A DNA stretch of 64,000 bases from assembly GCA_040901675.1 (NCBI GenBank), contig JBBDYJ010000020.1, positions 90,801 to 154,800 of the forward strand. Direction: 5' to 3'. A model generated the notes under the pieces. That model saw nothing but the letters and a program-made list of their open reading frames with translations, was not told the origin of the DNA and ran no database searches. Shown here piece after piece: positions 40,331 to 48,946 of the stretch (position 1 is its first letter; every line of letters starts with the position of its first letter). The DNA comes from Pirellulales bacterium (GTDB taxonomy: Bacteria > Planctomycetota > Planctomycetia > Pirellulales > JAICIG01). The position numbers were made by a program, and so were the translations under genes.

Positions 40331-42145
40331 CTATTCGTCGAACTCGGCCTCGGCGCTCTTCTGGGCATAGATCGGCATGTGACGGTAATAGACCTCCAAA
40401 GTCATGGCCGCCATCGACGTGCCATAGACCCTGCCGCCCGGGTCGAAGCCGTGGTCGCCGCTGAAAACCCAACTCCCTTTTTCGTGCCCCTCCTTGGCCT
40501 GCGACTTGACCAGCGAATCCCGCATCTTGGTGTTCCAAGCGTCCCAGAGAGGGCCCTCGTAGTGGTGCATGACCTGCGTGGCGTAATAGTTGTAGTACAT
40601 GTCGCCCGGCGACGGGCCTAGATTGGCGATCGCCTGGACTCCTTGCTCCATGGCTGGGTTCTCGCGCTTCCAGCCCAGGTGCATCCGGCACAAGAGGCCG
40701 ATGGCGCGCGTTGCCTCGCTGATCTTGAACTCGGGCGTCGTGTAGCCGTAATCGGCGCCGCCGTCGATCTGCACGGAGTCGAGGAACTTGTAAGCGCCCT
40801 TGACGGTCTGCGGATTCACTTGCAAAAAGCCGAGGTGGCCGCTCTTGAGGGCCATCACTTGCCAACCGACCACCGAGGTGTCGCCCGCCTCGTGGGGCAT
40901 ATAACGCCAGCCGCCGCCGCGGTGGTCTTGAGCGTACATGATGAAGTTCAGCGCCTGCTGCGCCGGGGCCATCAACTGCTTGTCCTGCGTCATGGCGTAG
41001 GCCTCGCACAGCGCGATCGTGGCGATGCCGTGCCCGTACATCCTGCCGCCGCCGCCCGTCATGTCGCCGCCGTTGGGCGTGACGACCATGTTGCTGATCA
41101 GAAAGTAGAGGCCTCCCCGCACCTGGTCCTTGTACTTCCCCTGCTTGTGGGTCTGACCGGCGCCCAGGAATGGCAACAGCGCCATGCCGGTGGCCGCCAG
41201 CCGCGCCTCTTTAAGATTACCGGGGTGGCGGCAGCGCCCCTGGCACTTGCCGCCGCGATGGTCGAAGCTCCAACTGCCGTCGGCGTTCTGATGGTTGACG
41301 AACCAGTGCAAGGCGGCGGCCACGGCGGCCTCGCTGGAGTCGCTGCCGCCGCGGCGGGCCACCAGCACCTTGCGCTGGTCGTCGCCGCGGCCGGCCAAAC
41401 CATGCTCGCCCAAGGCGCCGATCTGGCTCAACAGCTCGTTGGCCGGAGCCGTTTCGATGCCGATGTCGCTCAGCTCGACCGAGGCCAGCGGCGCCGGGTC
41501 CTCCAGAGAATCGGAGATGTCAACCGTGTCGTTCATCGTTTCGATCGGCGACGTCAGATCGGTGCTGTCGAGGTCCAGCTTGACCGGATCTTCGAGAGGC
41601 GTCTCCTTGATCTCGTCGAGCGGCTCCGGCACGTTAGCGGCCATGGCGACCAGGTCGCGGACCTGCTGCTTGACCTCCGGCGGCATGACCCACACCCCGA
41701 ACACCAACAGCACGATCATGTGGACCAGCGCACTGACCAGCCAGGCGGGGATCAGTGCCGTCATCGGCACCCGGCCGACCCGATCCAACTGCTCCAGTTG
41801 CTCCAGCGCCGGACTGCGGCCGCGGGCGGTAGCCGGCTGGGAGGTAGCCGGCTGGGCGGTGGCCGGCTGGGAGGTGGCCGCCTTGCTCTGGGAGGCCGCG
41901 GGCGTGGTCGCGGCTTGAGTGCCGGCAGCCGGCTCACGGGCCGCCGCGGTGGTCGGAGCGGCCGAGGCAGCCGCGGCGTCGCGTTGGCCGTTCTGGCCAG
42001 CGGTTTTCGGGGCCTGCTGGGCGTTGGGCCGGGCGGCAGTCCCTTTTGGCTGTTCTTTAGAACCGGGAGCCGAACCGAGCTGGGTTGGCGAGGGTTTGGT
42101 GGCGTCCGTGGCTTCCCGTTCGTTTTTCGGGGGCTGAATCGCCAT
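40331..42145 (-). CDS. Membrane-anchored prenyltransferase/squalene-oxidase repeat protein (paralog)
   Basis: Ala/Pro/Thr-rich N-terminus, AWLVSALVHMIVLL, HQNADGSW, GGWRY, DTSVVGWQVMALKS, LEVYYRH. Confidence 0.88.
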   Translation of the reverse strand: MAIQPPKNEREATDATKPSPTQLGSAPGSKEQPKGTAARPNAQQAPKTAGQNGQRDAAAASAAPTTAAAREPAAGTQAATTPAASQSKAATSQPATAQPATSQPATARGRSPALEQLEQLDRVGRVPMTALIPAWLVSALVHMIVLLVFGVWVMPPEVKQQVRDLVAMAANVPEPLDEIKETPLEDPVKLDLDSTDLTSPIETMNDTVDISDSLEDPAPLASVELSDIGIETAPANELLSQIGALGEHGLAGRGDDQRKVLVARRGGSDSSEAAVAAALHWFVNHQNADGSWSFDHRGGKCQGRCRHPGNLKEARLAATGMALLPFLGAGQTHKQGKYKDQVRGGLYFLISNMVVTPNGGDMTGGGGRMYGHGIATIALCEAYAMTQDKQLMAPAQQALNFIMYAQDHRGGGWRYMPHEAGDTSVVGWQVMALKSGHLGFLQVNPQTVKGAYKFLDSVQIDGGADYGYTTPEFKISEATRAIGLLCRMHLGWKRENPAMEQGVQAIANLGPSPGDMYYNYYATQVMHHYEGPLWDAWNTKMRDSLVKSQAKEGHEKGSWVFSGDHGFDPGGRVYGTSMAAMTLEVYYRHMPIYAQKSAEAEFDE

Positions 42146-42397
42146 GCGCGCGCAGTCGTGCAAGAAGCGGGCCGGAAATGTCTCAAATCTCCACGTTACT
42201 GCAAATCCCCAAGAAAGCAAGGAAACTCGATGCCCCTGTCCCTGCTCTCCGGGTACCACTGCTTCGAGGACCCGGCGTGCCGGGGTCCGAGAAGCTGTGC
42301 TGAGCCGCCCCGAACCCAAGCGTCGCTTTCAGTCGACCGGACCAATCGCTACAATCCGTGGCTGCCAGACGACTTGTTTCCGGAGAGAATCCCACAG

Positions 42398-42562
42398 ATG
42401 GCCAAGAGCAAGAAAAAGGTCGAGACCGTGTTCCTCGTCTGCGAGGAGACGGGCGACTACAACTACACCATCCGCAAAAAAACGGGGGGCGAAAAGCTGA
42501 AGCTCAGCAAGTACAGCCCACGCCTGCGCAAGCACACCCCGCACGTGGAAAAGAAGAAGTAA
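42398..42562 (+). CDS. rpmG: 50S ribosomal protein L33
   Basis: MAKSKKKVETVFLVCEETGDYNYTIRKK...KYSPRLRKHTPHVEKKK. Confidence 0.95.
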   Translation: MAKSKKKVETVFLVCEETGDYNYTIRKKTGGEKLKLSKYSPRLRKHTPHVEKKK

Positions 42563-42769
42563 CGCGCCGCCCGGGTCGACTGGCGTCGGGTGGCATTGCT
42601 TGACTGGCGGCGCCGCCGCTGTCCGTCAATGACTGGCACGCGGCCAGAATTCTGGCGAATTCTGCTACCCGGCGGGCCAACTGGCAAGCGGTAACGGAGT
42701 CCGCGCTGGACCAATGGACGAGCATTTCCCGACTCGACCCCAGCGCCAGCCAACGTCAGGAAGATAAAA

Positions 42770-44530
42770 ATGCCCAAGCAGTGGCGCATCCATCCGCACG
42801 ACAGCCAACGCATCGCGGCCCTGGAGCGGGCCATGGGCATCCCGGCCGTCGTGGCCCGCCTCCTGATCTGCCGCGGCATCGACGACCCCGCCCGCGCCGG
42901 GTGCTTTCTCGAGGCACGTCTCAGCCAACTGCGCGATCCGGCCGAGCTGCCCGGCATACCGGCCGCGGTCGAGCGGATCATGGCCGCGGTGAAGGCCGGA
43001 CAGCGGATCGTCGTCTATGGCGACTACGACGTCGACGGCATGACCGGCCTGAGCCTGTTATGGAAATGCCTGCGCCTGCTGGGGGCCGACGCCGGCTACT
43101 ACGTGCCGCATCGCATCGACGAAGGCTACGGACTGCACCGCGACGCGCTGGCCACCCTGGCCGCCCAGGCAGCGCGGCTGGTGATCACCGTCGATTGCGG
43201 CATCACCAGCGTCGACGAGGCCCAGGCCGCCCGCTCCCTCGGCTTGGAGCTGATCATCACCGACCATCATCAGCCCGGGCCGCTGCTGCCCGAGGCGGCG
43301 GCCATCGTGCATCCCGGCCTGCCGGGCCATGCGTATCCGTTTGCCGGATTGAGCGGCGCCGGCGTCGCCTTCAAGCTGGCCTGGGCCTTGTGCCAGCACG
43401 CCAGCCAGGCGAAGAAGGTCGGCGAGTCGATGCGGAACTTCTTGTTGTCGGCCGTGGGGCTGGCGGCCCTGGGCACCGTGGCCGACGTCGTGCCGCTGGT
43501 GGATGAAAACCGGGTGTTGGTTCAGCACGGCCTGACCAGCTTGAAGGAGCGGCCCGGATTGGGGCTGGCGGCCCTGATGCAGGTGACCGGGCTGGCGCAG
43601 AAGCCGCGGCTGGAGTGCGAGGACATCGGCTTCACGCTGGCTCCGCGGCTGAACGCCGCCGGGCGCTTGGGGCAGGCCACGCTGGCGATCGACCTGTTGA
43701 CCACCACCGTGCCCGAGCGGGCCATGGCGCTGGCCGAGTACGTCCACGAGCTGAACGCCAGCCGGCAGAGCCTGGAGCGGGGCGTCTACCTGGCGGCCCA
43801 CAAGCAGGCGCTGGAGCAGTTCGATCCGCACGGCGACGCCGCCCTGGTGTTGGCCGAGCGGGGCTGGCACCCCGGCGTGATCGGCATTGTGGCCGGGCGG
43901 CTGGCCGAGAAGTTCCACCGGCCGGTGGTCCTGATCTCGCTCGACGAGATGGGCGTGAAGCCGGGCGTGGGGTCGGCCCGCAGCGTGGCCGGCTTCGATC
44001 TGCACCAGGCCCTCCGCGGGTGCGCCGAGCACCTGCTGAGCCATGGCGGACACGCGGCCGCGGCGGGGCTGAAAGTCGACGAGAGCCGGCTGGAGGTTTT
44101 TCGCGCCGAGTTTTGCGAGCGGGCCGCGGCGGCCATCTCGTTCGACGAGCGCCAGGCGGAGCTATGGATCGACGCCGAGGTGTCGCTGGGCGAGATGACG
44201 CTCTCGACGGTCAACCAGATCGAGCGGCTGGCGCCGTTCGGCCAGTCGAACCCGCGGCCCATGCTGTGTGCCACGGGGGTGACGCTGGAGGGCGAGGCGC
44301 AGCGGATGGGCGGCGGCGGGCGGCACTTGTCGTTCAAGCTGGCGCAGCATGGCGTGCGGCTGCGGGGCGTGGCGTTTGGCAACGGCGACTGGGCCGAAGA
44401 GCTGTCCGGGGCAAGCGGTCCGCTGGCGGTGGCATTCCGGCCGGCGATCAATGACTTTCGCGGCCGGCGGACGGTAGAATTACAGGTAGCCGACTGGCGC
44501 GTGGCCGAGGCGGCGGCCTGCCGCGTTTGA
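42770..44530 (+). CDS. recJ: ssDNA exonuclease RecJ
   Basis: YGDYDVDG, TVDCG, TDHH, GTVADVVPL, PRLNAAGR, GGHAAAAG, PFGQSNP. Confidence 0.97.
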   Translation: MPKQWRIHPHDSQRIAALERAMGIPAVVARLLICRGIDDPARAGCFLEARLSQLRDPAELPGIPAAVERIMAAVKAGQRIVVYGDYDVDGMTGLSLLWKCLRLLGADAGYYVPHRIDEGYGLHRDALATLAAQAARLVITVDCGITSVDEAQAARSLGLELIITDHHQPGPLLPEAAAIVHPGLPGHAYPFAGLSGAGVAFKLAWALCQHASQAKKVGESMRNFLLSAVGLAALGTVADVVPLVDENRVLVQHGLTSLKERPGLGLAALMQVTGLAQKPRLECEDIGFTLAPRLNAAGRLGQATLAIDLLTTTVPERAMALAEYVHELNASRQSLERGVYLAAHKQALEQFDPHGDAALVLAERGWHPGVIGIVAGRLAEKFHRPVVLISLDEMGVKPGVGSARSVAGFDLHQALRGCAEHLLSHGGHAAAAGLKVDESRLEVFRAEFCERAAAAISFDERQAELWIDAEVSLGEMTLSTVNQIERLAPFGQSNPRPMLCATGVTLEGEAQRMGGGGRHLSFKLAQHGVRLRGVAFGNGDWAEELSGASGPLAVAFRPAINDFRGRRTVELQVADWRVAEAAACRV

Positions 44531-44591
44531 TTTGGCGCGCCAGTTTTTTTACCCTTCGCCGCGTCCAATGCCAGCGCGAAGCTTTCTTGTC

Positions 44592-45260
44592 ATGGATTAC
44601 GCGTCCGATTTCGTTCAGGCCCGCAGCCAGATGGTGCGCGAGCAGTTGGCCCGCCGCGGCATCCGTCAGCCGGCGGTGTTGGAGGCGATCGAGCGGGTGC
44701 CTCGCGAGCGGTTCGTGGCCGTGGCCGAGGCGGCGGAGGCCTATGCGGACCGGGCCTTGACGATCGACTGCGGCCAGACGATCAGCCAGCCCTACATGGT
44801 CGGTTTGATGACGCAGGCCCTGGAGCTATCGGGCCGCGAGCGGGTGCTGGAGATCGGCACCGGCAGCGGCTACCAGACAGCCATTCTGGCCGAGCTGGCG
44901 CGTGAAGTGATTTCGGTCGAGCGGCACGCGGCCCTCTCGCGTCAGGCCGCCGCCCTGCTCGGCCAGTTGGGCTACACCAACATCCGCCTGGCCGTAGGCG
45001 ACGGCACGCTCGGCTGGCCCCCGGCCGCGCCGTATGACCGCATCCTCGTAACGGCCGCCGCCGGCGAGGTGCCCCCTGCCCTCTGGGAGCAGTTATCGTC
45101 GGACGGTTTGCTGGTGATCCCGCTCGGCGACAGCGAGGGTCAGGTATTGAAGCGATACCGCAAGCAATCCGAGGGCTTCGAGGCAGACGACCTCGTCCAC
45201 TGTCGTTTCGTGCCCTTGATCGGCTCCGCCTCGCCTCCGCGGGTCGACTTGGAAGATTGA
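44592..45260 (+). CDS. pcm: Protein-L-isoaspartate O-methyltransferase
   Basis: GQTISQPYMV, VLEIGTGSGYQTA, APYDRILVTAA, CRFVPLIG. Confidence 0.95.
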   Translation: MDYASDFVQARSQMVREQLARRGIRQPAVLEAIERVPRERFVAVAEAAEAYADRALTIDCGQTISQPYMVGLMTQALELSGRERVLEIGTGSGYQTAILAELAREVISVERHAALSRQAAALLGQLGYTNIRLAVGDGTLGWPPAAPYDRILVTAAAGEVPPALWEQLSSDGLLVIPLGDSEGQVLKRYRKQSEGFEADDLVHCRFVPLIGSASPPRVDLED

Positions 45261-45270
45261 AAGGGACCAA

Positions 45271-46614
45271 ATGGCATCGATCGATCGCGTCTTGGCGTCA
45301 TCGCGGAGACGGTGGATAGAAGATCTGTGGTCGGGCCTGAAGCTGCTGGCCGAATCCGGCCTGCGCGACTTCGAGCCACTGCACTCGGCGAAGCGAGCTC
45401 TTCCCGCCCCGGAGCAGGCCGCGTGGACGGAGCTGATCGGTGATCTTGAATCGCGGGTTGCGGCATCAATGCGGGAGGAGGTAGAGGCGGATGCCATTTT
45501 CATAGAGTTTCTGGCAAGCTTGAACGAGCGCTGGTGTTTGGAGCGGGAGATTCTGGTTTCTCGGAGCAAGCGGATCATCTGGGGGGACCACGAGCCGGAT
45601 CTTTGGGACGCCGTGCCGGCGAGCATCAGTTGCATCTTAAGGAAGCAAGTTTGCCAATTTCACGATGCGGCGATCCCCGTCTATTTCGTGCAGACCGCCT
45701 GTCCGACCTTTTACAGCGATCATAGCGCCTACTTCGATCCCTCCATGAAGAGCGTGGTCCTGAACGTCGACAAGCTCCGTTGCGAAGCGATGATCGGAGG
45801 GCTTCTCTCCGCGGACAGCCCGGAATTCCGCGCGTATATCATCAATCAAGGTTTTCCACCTTTTGTTTTGGCTGCCCTCAAGCTTTACCACCGAGTGCTG
45901 ATGACCTGGCACAAGGACGCGAATCAGCGTGCGACCATGGCGGCGCTGAGGACGCTGATCGAGGAGCTGAGCCATGCCATTCACGCCTTGCGGGCGGGGT
46001 TGGATGTACCGTCATTCGAGTGTTACGACGACCATCTCATCCGGCTGGGCGAAACGCTCCTGGCGCCCGAAGGCAGGCTGCGGCGGGAGATCTGGAATAC
46101 CGCCGCCCAGGGACTCGACCCCGACCTGGCCGACCCACGGGCCAGGACTGGACAGAGTTGCGGAAAGCTGGCGGCCCAGATGACGGCCGCGGCCGTGGGT
46201 TCCGATCCGTACCTGGTTTTATTGGAGTGGTTGTATTGGGTTCGCGTGATTTCCCATGGCCCGACCGATCAACCGCTGGAAGAATTACTGAAAGTTGTGC
46301 GGACGGACATGCCACATTTGATGGCGGCGGCGATGGGAATCATTCTGCTGGCCGACGAGTTGGCATTGCCGCATCGCTTGTCCTTGGGGGGCGTGCGGTT
46401 CGCGGACAAGCTGCAAAGCCAATGCTGCTTGCTGGAAGAGCTGGTGGAGAAACTGCTTGACCGGAGGCGCTCGGAGATTCGGCTGGCGTTGAAAGCCGTT
46501 TTCCAGCGGGAGTTCGGGCACGCGATCGACGAGGCTCCCTTCAGCCAGATCGATTCCGCCGGCAAGCTGTTGCCCCGTCCGGCCAGCGGCTCGGCGGGGG
46601 CCGGGCCGCTCTGA
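45271..46614 (+). CDS. Hypothetical protein (447 aa)
   Basis: Long ORF with AAGGG RBS and less biased codon usage; EELSH motif only. Confidence 0.7.
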   Translation: MASIDRVLASSRRRWIEDLWSGLKLLAESGLRDFEPLHSAKRALPAPEQAAWTELIGDLESRVAASMREEVEADAIFIEFLASLNERWCLEREILVSRSKRIIWGDHEPDLWDAVPASISCILRKQVCQFHDAAIPVYFVQTACPTFYSDHSAYFDPSMKSVVLNVDKLRCEAMIGGLLSADSPEFRAYIINQGFPPFVLAALKLYHRVLMTWHKDANQRATMAALRTLIEELSHAIHALRAGLDVPSFECYDDHLIRLGETLLAPEGRLRREIWNTAAQGLDPDLADPRARTGQSCGKLAAQMTAAAVGSDPYLVLLEWLYWVRVISHGPTDQPLEELLKVVRTDMPHLMAAAMGIILLADELALPHRLSLGGVRFADKLQSQCCLLEELVEKLLDRRRSEIRLALKAVFQREFGHAIDEAPFSQIDSAGKLLPRPASGSAGAGPL

Positions 46615-46767
46615 GGCCCCCCGCGCTCGGAGTGACCCGCATTCCTGCGGTCCTGGGTTCGTAGTGGCCCCATTTATGGGGTCTGCCCTGGTCCTGTTTA
46701 TCAAGTCGCCCTTTAGCGCGGCACCGTCCGCGTCTCGCCTCGGCTGGTCGGGGATCGGGTGCTGGCG

Positions 46768-46795
46768 TTGACGGTGGTGTTGGGTGGGCTAGAAT
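46768..46795 (+). promoter_or_regulatory. Sigma70 promoter of tRNA-Pro copy 1
   Basis: TTGACG-N16-TAGAAT. Confidence 0.75.
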
Positions 46796-46820
46796 GTCGT
46801 TTTGGCTTATCGGTTTTGAT

Positions 46821-46895
46821 CGGGGCGTAGCTCAGCCTGGCTAGAGCGCTACGTTCGGGACGTAGAGGTCGCTGGTTCAAATCCAGTCGCCCCGA
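46821..46895 (+). tRNA. tRNA-Pro (anticodon CGG), copy 1
   Basis: CGGGGCG/CGCCCCG acceptor; CTACG-TTCGGGA-CGTAG anticodon arm; GGTTCAAATCC. Confidence 0.96.
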
Positions 46896-46911
46896 CTGAC
46901 CAATTCACATA

Positions 46912-46942
46912 AGCCCTTCGGCAAAATGCCGAGGGGCTGTTT
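46912..46942 (+). terminator. Hairpin/terminator after tRNA-Pro copy 1
   Basis: AGCCCTTCGGCA-AAA-TGCCGAGGGGCT-GTTT. Confidence 0.65.
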
Positions 46943-47242
46943 CGCTTAATTTGCCGCCATTTATTCATGCTTCGCCCCAGTTCAATCCGAACTCGTTGCG
47001 TCGGGTCTGTTTTTTCGCATATTGCGGCAAACCATTGGCGCACTGCGGGTTGCTGAGTTCAAACGCGAAAGAACTAATGGCAAAGTCGTTCAATCGGCGT
47101 AATATGGTGGCTATCGGCGACTTCCTCATTTTGAGTGCACTTAGGGCATAGTGAGTTTTTGTTGTACCCATGTGTTGCTTCCGATTACGCTGTTTACTGT
47201 TCTAGCTGGTTGATGGAACTTTCATTTCATCCCCAATGAAAA

Positions 47243-48340
47243 GTGGTGAGTCTGCCGTTCTCCATGTCATCCCCCGAACCTCCCAAATTGGCGGTCGAAG
47301 ACCGCCGAACCCCTCTCCGCCCGGCCCGGCGCTTTACTCTCGTCGCATGGATCGCCGGGCTCGCCAGTTTGGGACTCACCGGTTTCCAGGCCTGTCGCCA
47401 CGCGTTTCACCCTCACTATCTCCCGCTTGGCCTCCTCTACGCCGCCCTTGCCGTTGCCACGCTCGGTGCACTCCTTTGTTGTCTATGGCGGCTTCTCCGT
47501 GGCCCGCGTCGAGTTGTCGCCCTCGCGCTCGCGGTCGTTGCAATCGTTCCCGCGGCTCTCTGGGCAGCCATAGGCCTCACAGCCAAAGTCAATGCTGAGC
47601 ACCGCCGGATTCCGGACACGATCGTCATGCGTCTGGCGAAGGTGATGGGCGCTACGATCATGCGCGCGGAAATGGACCTTAAGTATCCGCACCGCGTGGA
47701 GTCCGAACGAATTCTGATGTTTTACGATGATCTCGATCGCCCCGACGAAGACCTCGCCGCGATGGATGAGCACGTCGCACGGCTCGAAACTCTGCTCGGC
47801 GGGACGGTCTCGAGCAAGGTCTACTGGATCCGCGGGCCGCTCGTCGGCGGCCAATACTTGAGCGTCCACGGCCTGTCGATCGGAAGCTCAAATAGTCCGG
47901 AACGTCCTGGAGAATACCGCGGTGACCGGCACGAACTGGCCCACGCCGCACTCGACTGGTTTCGCGCACCGCACACTCATCCCCCGCAGGTACTCCACGA
48001 AGGCTGGGCGATGTCTCAATGTGGCGACAGTGCCTTTGAACTCGCGCTCGACGCGATGAACGCGCGACAGGAGGATCCGTCGATCTCCGTGCGCAAGCTC
48101 TTCGGTCCAGAGTGGTACGACAAAGGGACAGGTCCGGTATACACGGTCGGCGGTGCATTCGTCGATTTTCTGCTCCGTACCCGGGGCGCCCCCCGGTTCC
48201 TCCGTTTCTACACCGAATGCCAACCCGATACGTTTGAATACCAATGCCGCGAGATTTTCGCGATCAATTTCGACGAATTGGAAACCGAGTTCTGGGCGAA
48301 TGTGCAAAACACATTGCAGACCAAAAACACCACAAAATGA
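47243..48340 (+). CDS. Membrane-anchored gluzincin-like protein
   Basis: Three N-terminal TM helices; HELAH followed by LHEGWA. Confidence 0.7.
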   Translation: MVSLPFSMSSPEPPKLAVEDRRTPLRPARRFTLVAWIAGLASLGLTGFQACRHAFHPHYLPLGLLYAALAVATLGALLCCLWRLLRGPRRVVALALAVVAIVPAALWAAIGLTAKVNAEHRRIPDTIVMRLAKVMGATIMRAEMDLKYPHRVESERILMFYDDLDRPDEDLAAMDEHVARLETLLGGTVSSKVYWIRGPLVGGQYLSVHGLSIGSSNSPERPGEYRGDRHELAHAALDWFRAPHTHPPQVLHEGWAMSQCGDSAFELALDAMNARQEDPSISVRKLFGPEWYDKGTGPVYTVGGAFVDFLLRTRGAPRFLRFYTECQPDTFEYQCREIFAINFDELETEFWANVQNTLQTKNTTK

Positions 48341-48357
48341 CGCGCCGCTGACAAAGA

Positions 48358-48600
48358 TTGGGAAGGCGTAGTTCTACATCAACGACAAGTTGGTGGCCGA
48401 GGAGCCCTCAAAACTCAACTCGGCAAATTCACACTTTCAGCCGACGGTCTTTGCGTCGGCTACGATAGCGGCGACGCGGTCGGTGAGAACTACTCGACGC
48501 CGGGCAAGTACACCGGTGGCACCATCCGATTCGTGGAAGTCGTCGACAAAGGCAATACCTCGATCGCGAAATGGAGTTGAATCGCGCGCTGCGGGATTGA
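48358..48600 (+). pseudogene. C-terminal fragment resembling an arylsulfatase
   Basis: GKA*FYINDKLVAE / KTQLGKFTLSADGLCVGYDSGDAV...PGKYTGGTI / YLDREMELNRALRD*: in-frame stop, frameshifts, no 5' part; similarity recognised by eye. Confidence 0.65.
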
Positions 48601-48946
48601 TTTCACGCAGAATCATTCCGGACCGGCGGGGCGACCCCGGCCCGCCCAATTCCTTTGTCTTCCGCTGCTGACGCATGGCAAAATGAATCCGACATTGGAC
48701 TTTCGTCATTCAGTCGTCGCCGCAGCCCGGCGTTCCAGCAATGAACGCCGGCCAGAAAAAGTTCTAACGGTGTCCAGTCGCCCCGACTACGATGTAACTA
48801 CGGATCCCGTCAATGGCTGCGAAAGCGACTGTTGGCGGGATTTGAACTTTTGGGTGCGCGCGAAGAAACTGATATTGCGAGACGGCAAATAATTTGACTC
48901 AGACAACGAAGAAAGTTAGAACTCGGCTTGGCTTGCCGTCTCGAAT

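Noticed and set aside
40643..42562. 639-aa ORF ending in L33 sequence
   Set aside because: Only 42398-42562 is rpmG; the rest is antisense to a prenyltransferase-repeat gene.
46900..47240. Integrase next to tRNA-Pro
   Set aside because: Only short AT-rich ORFs with no recognisable recombinase motifs.
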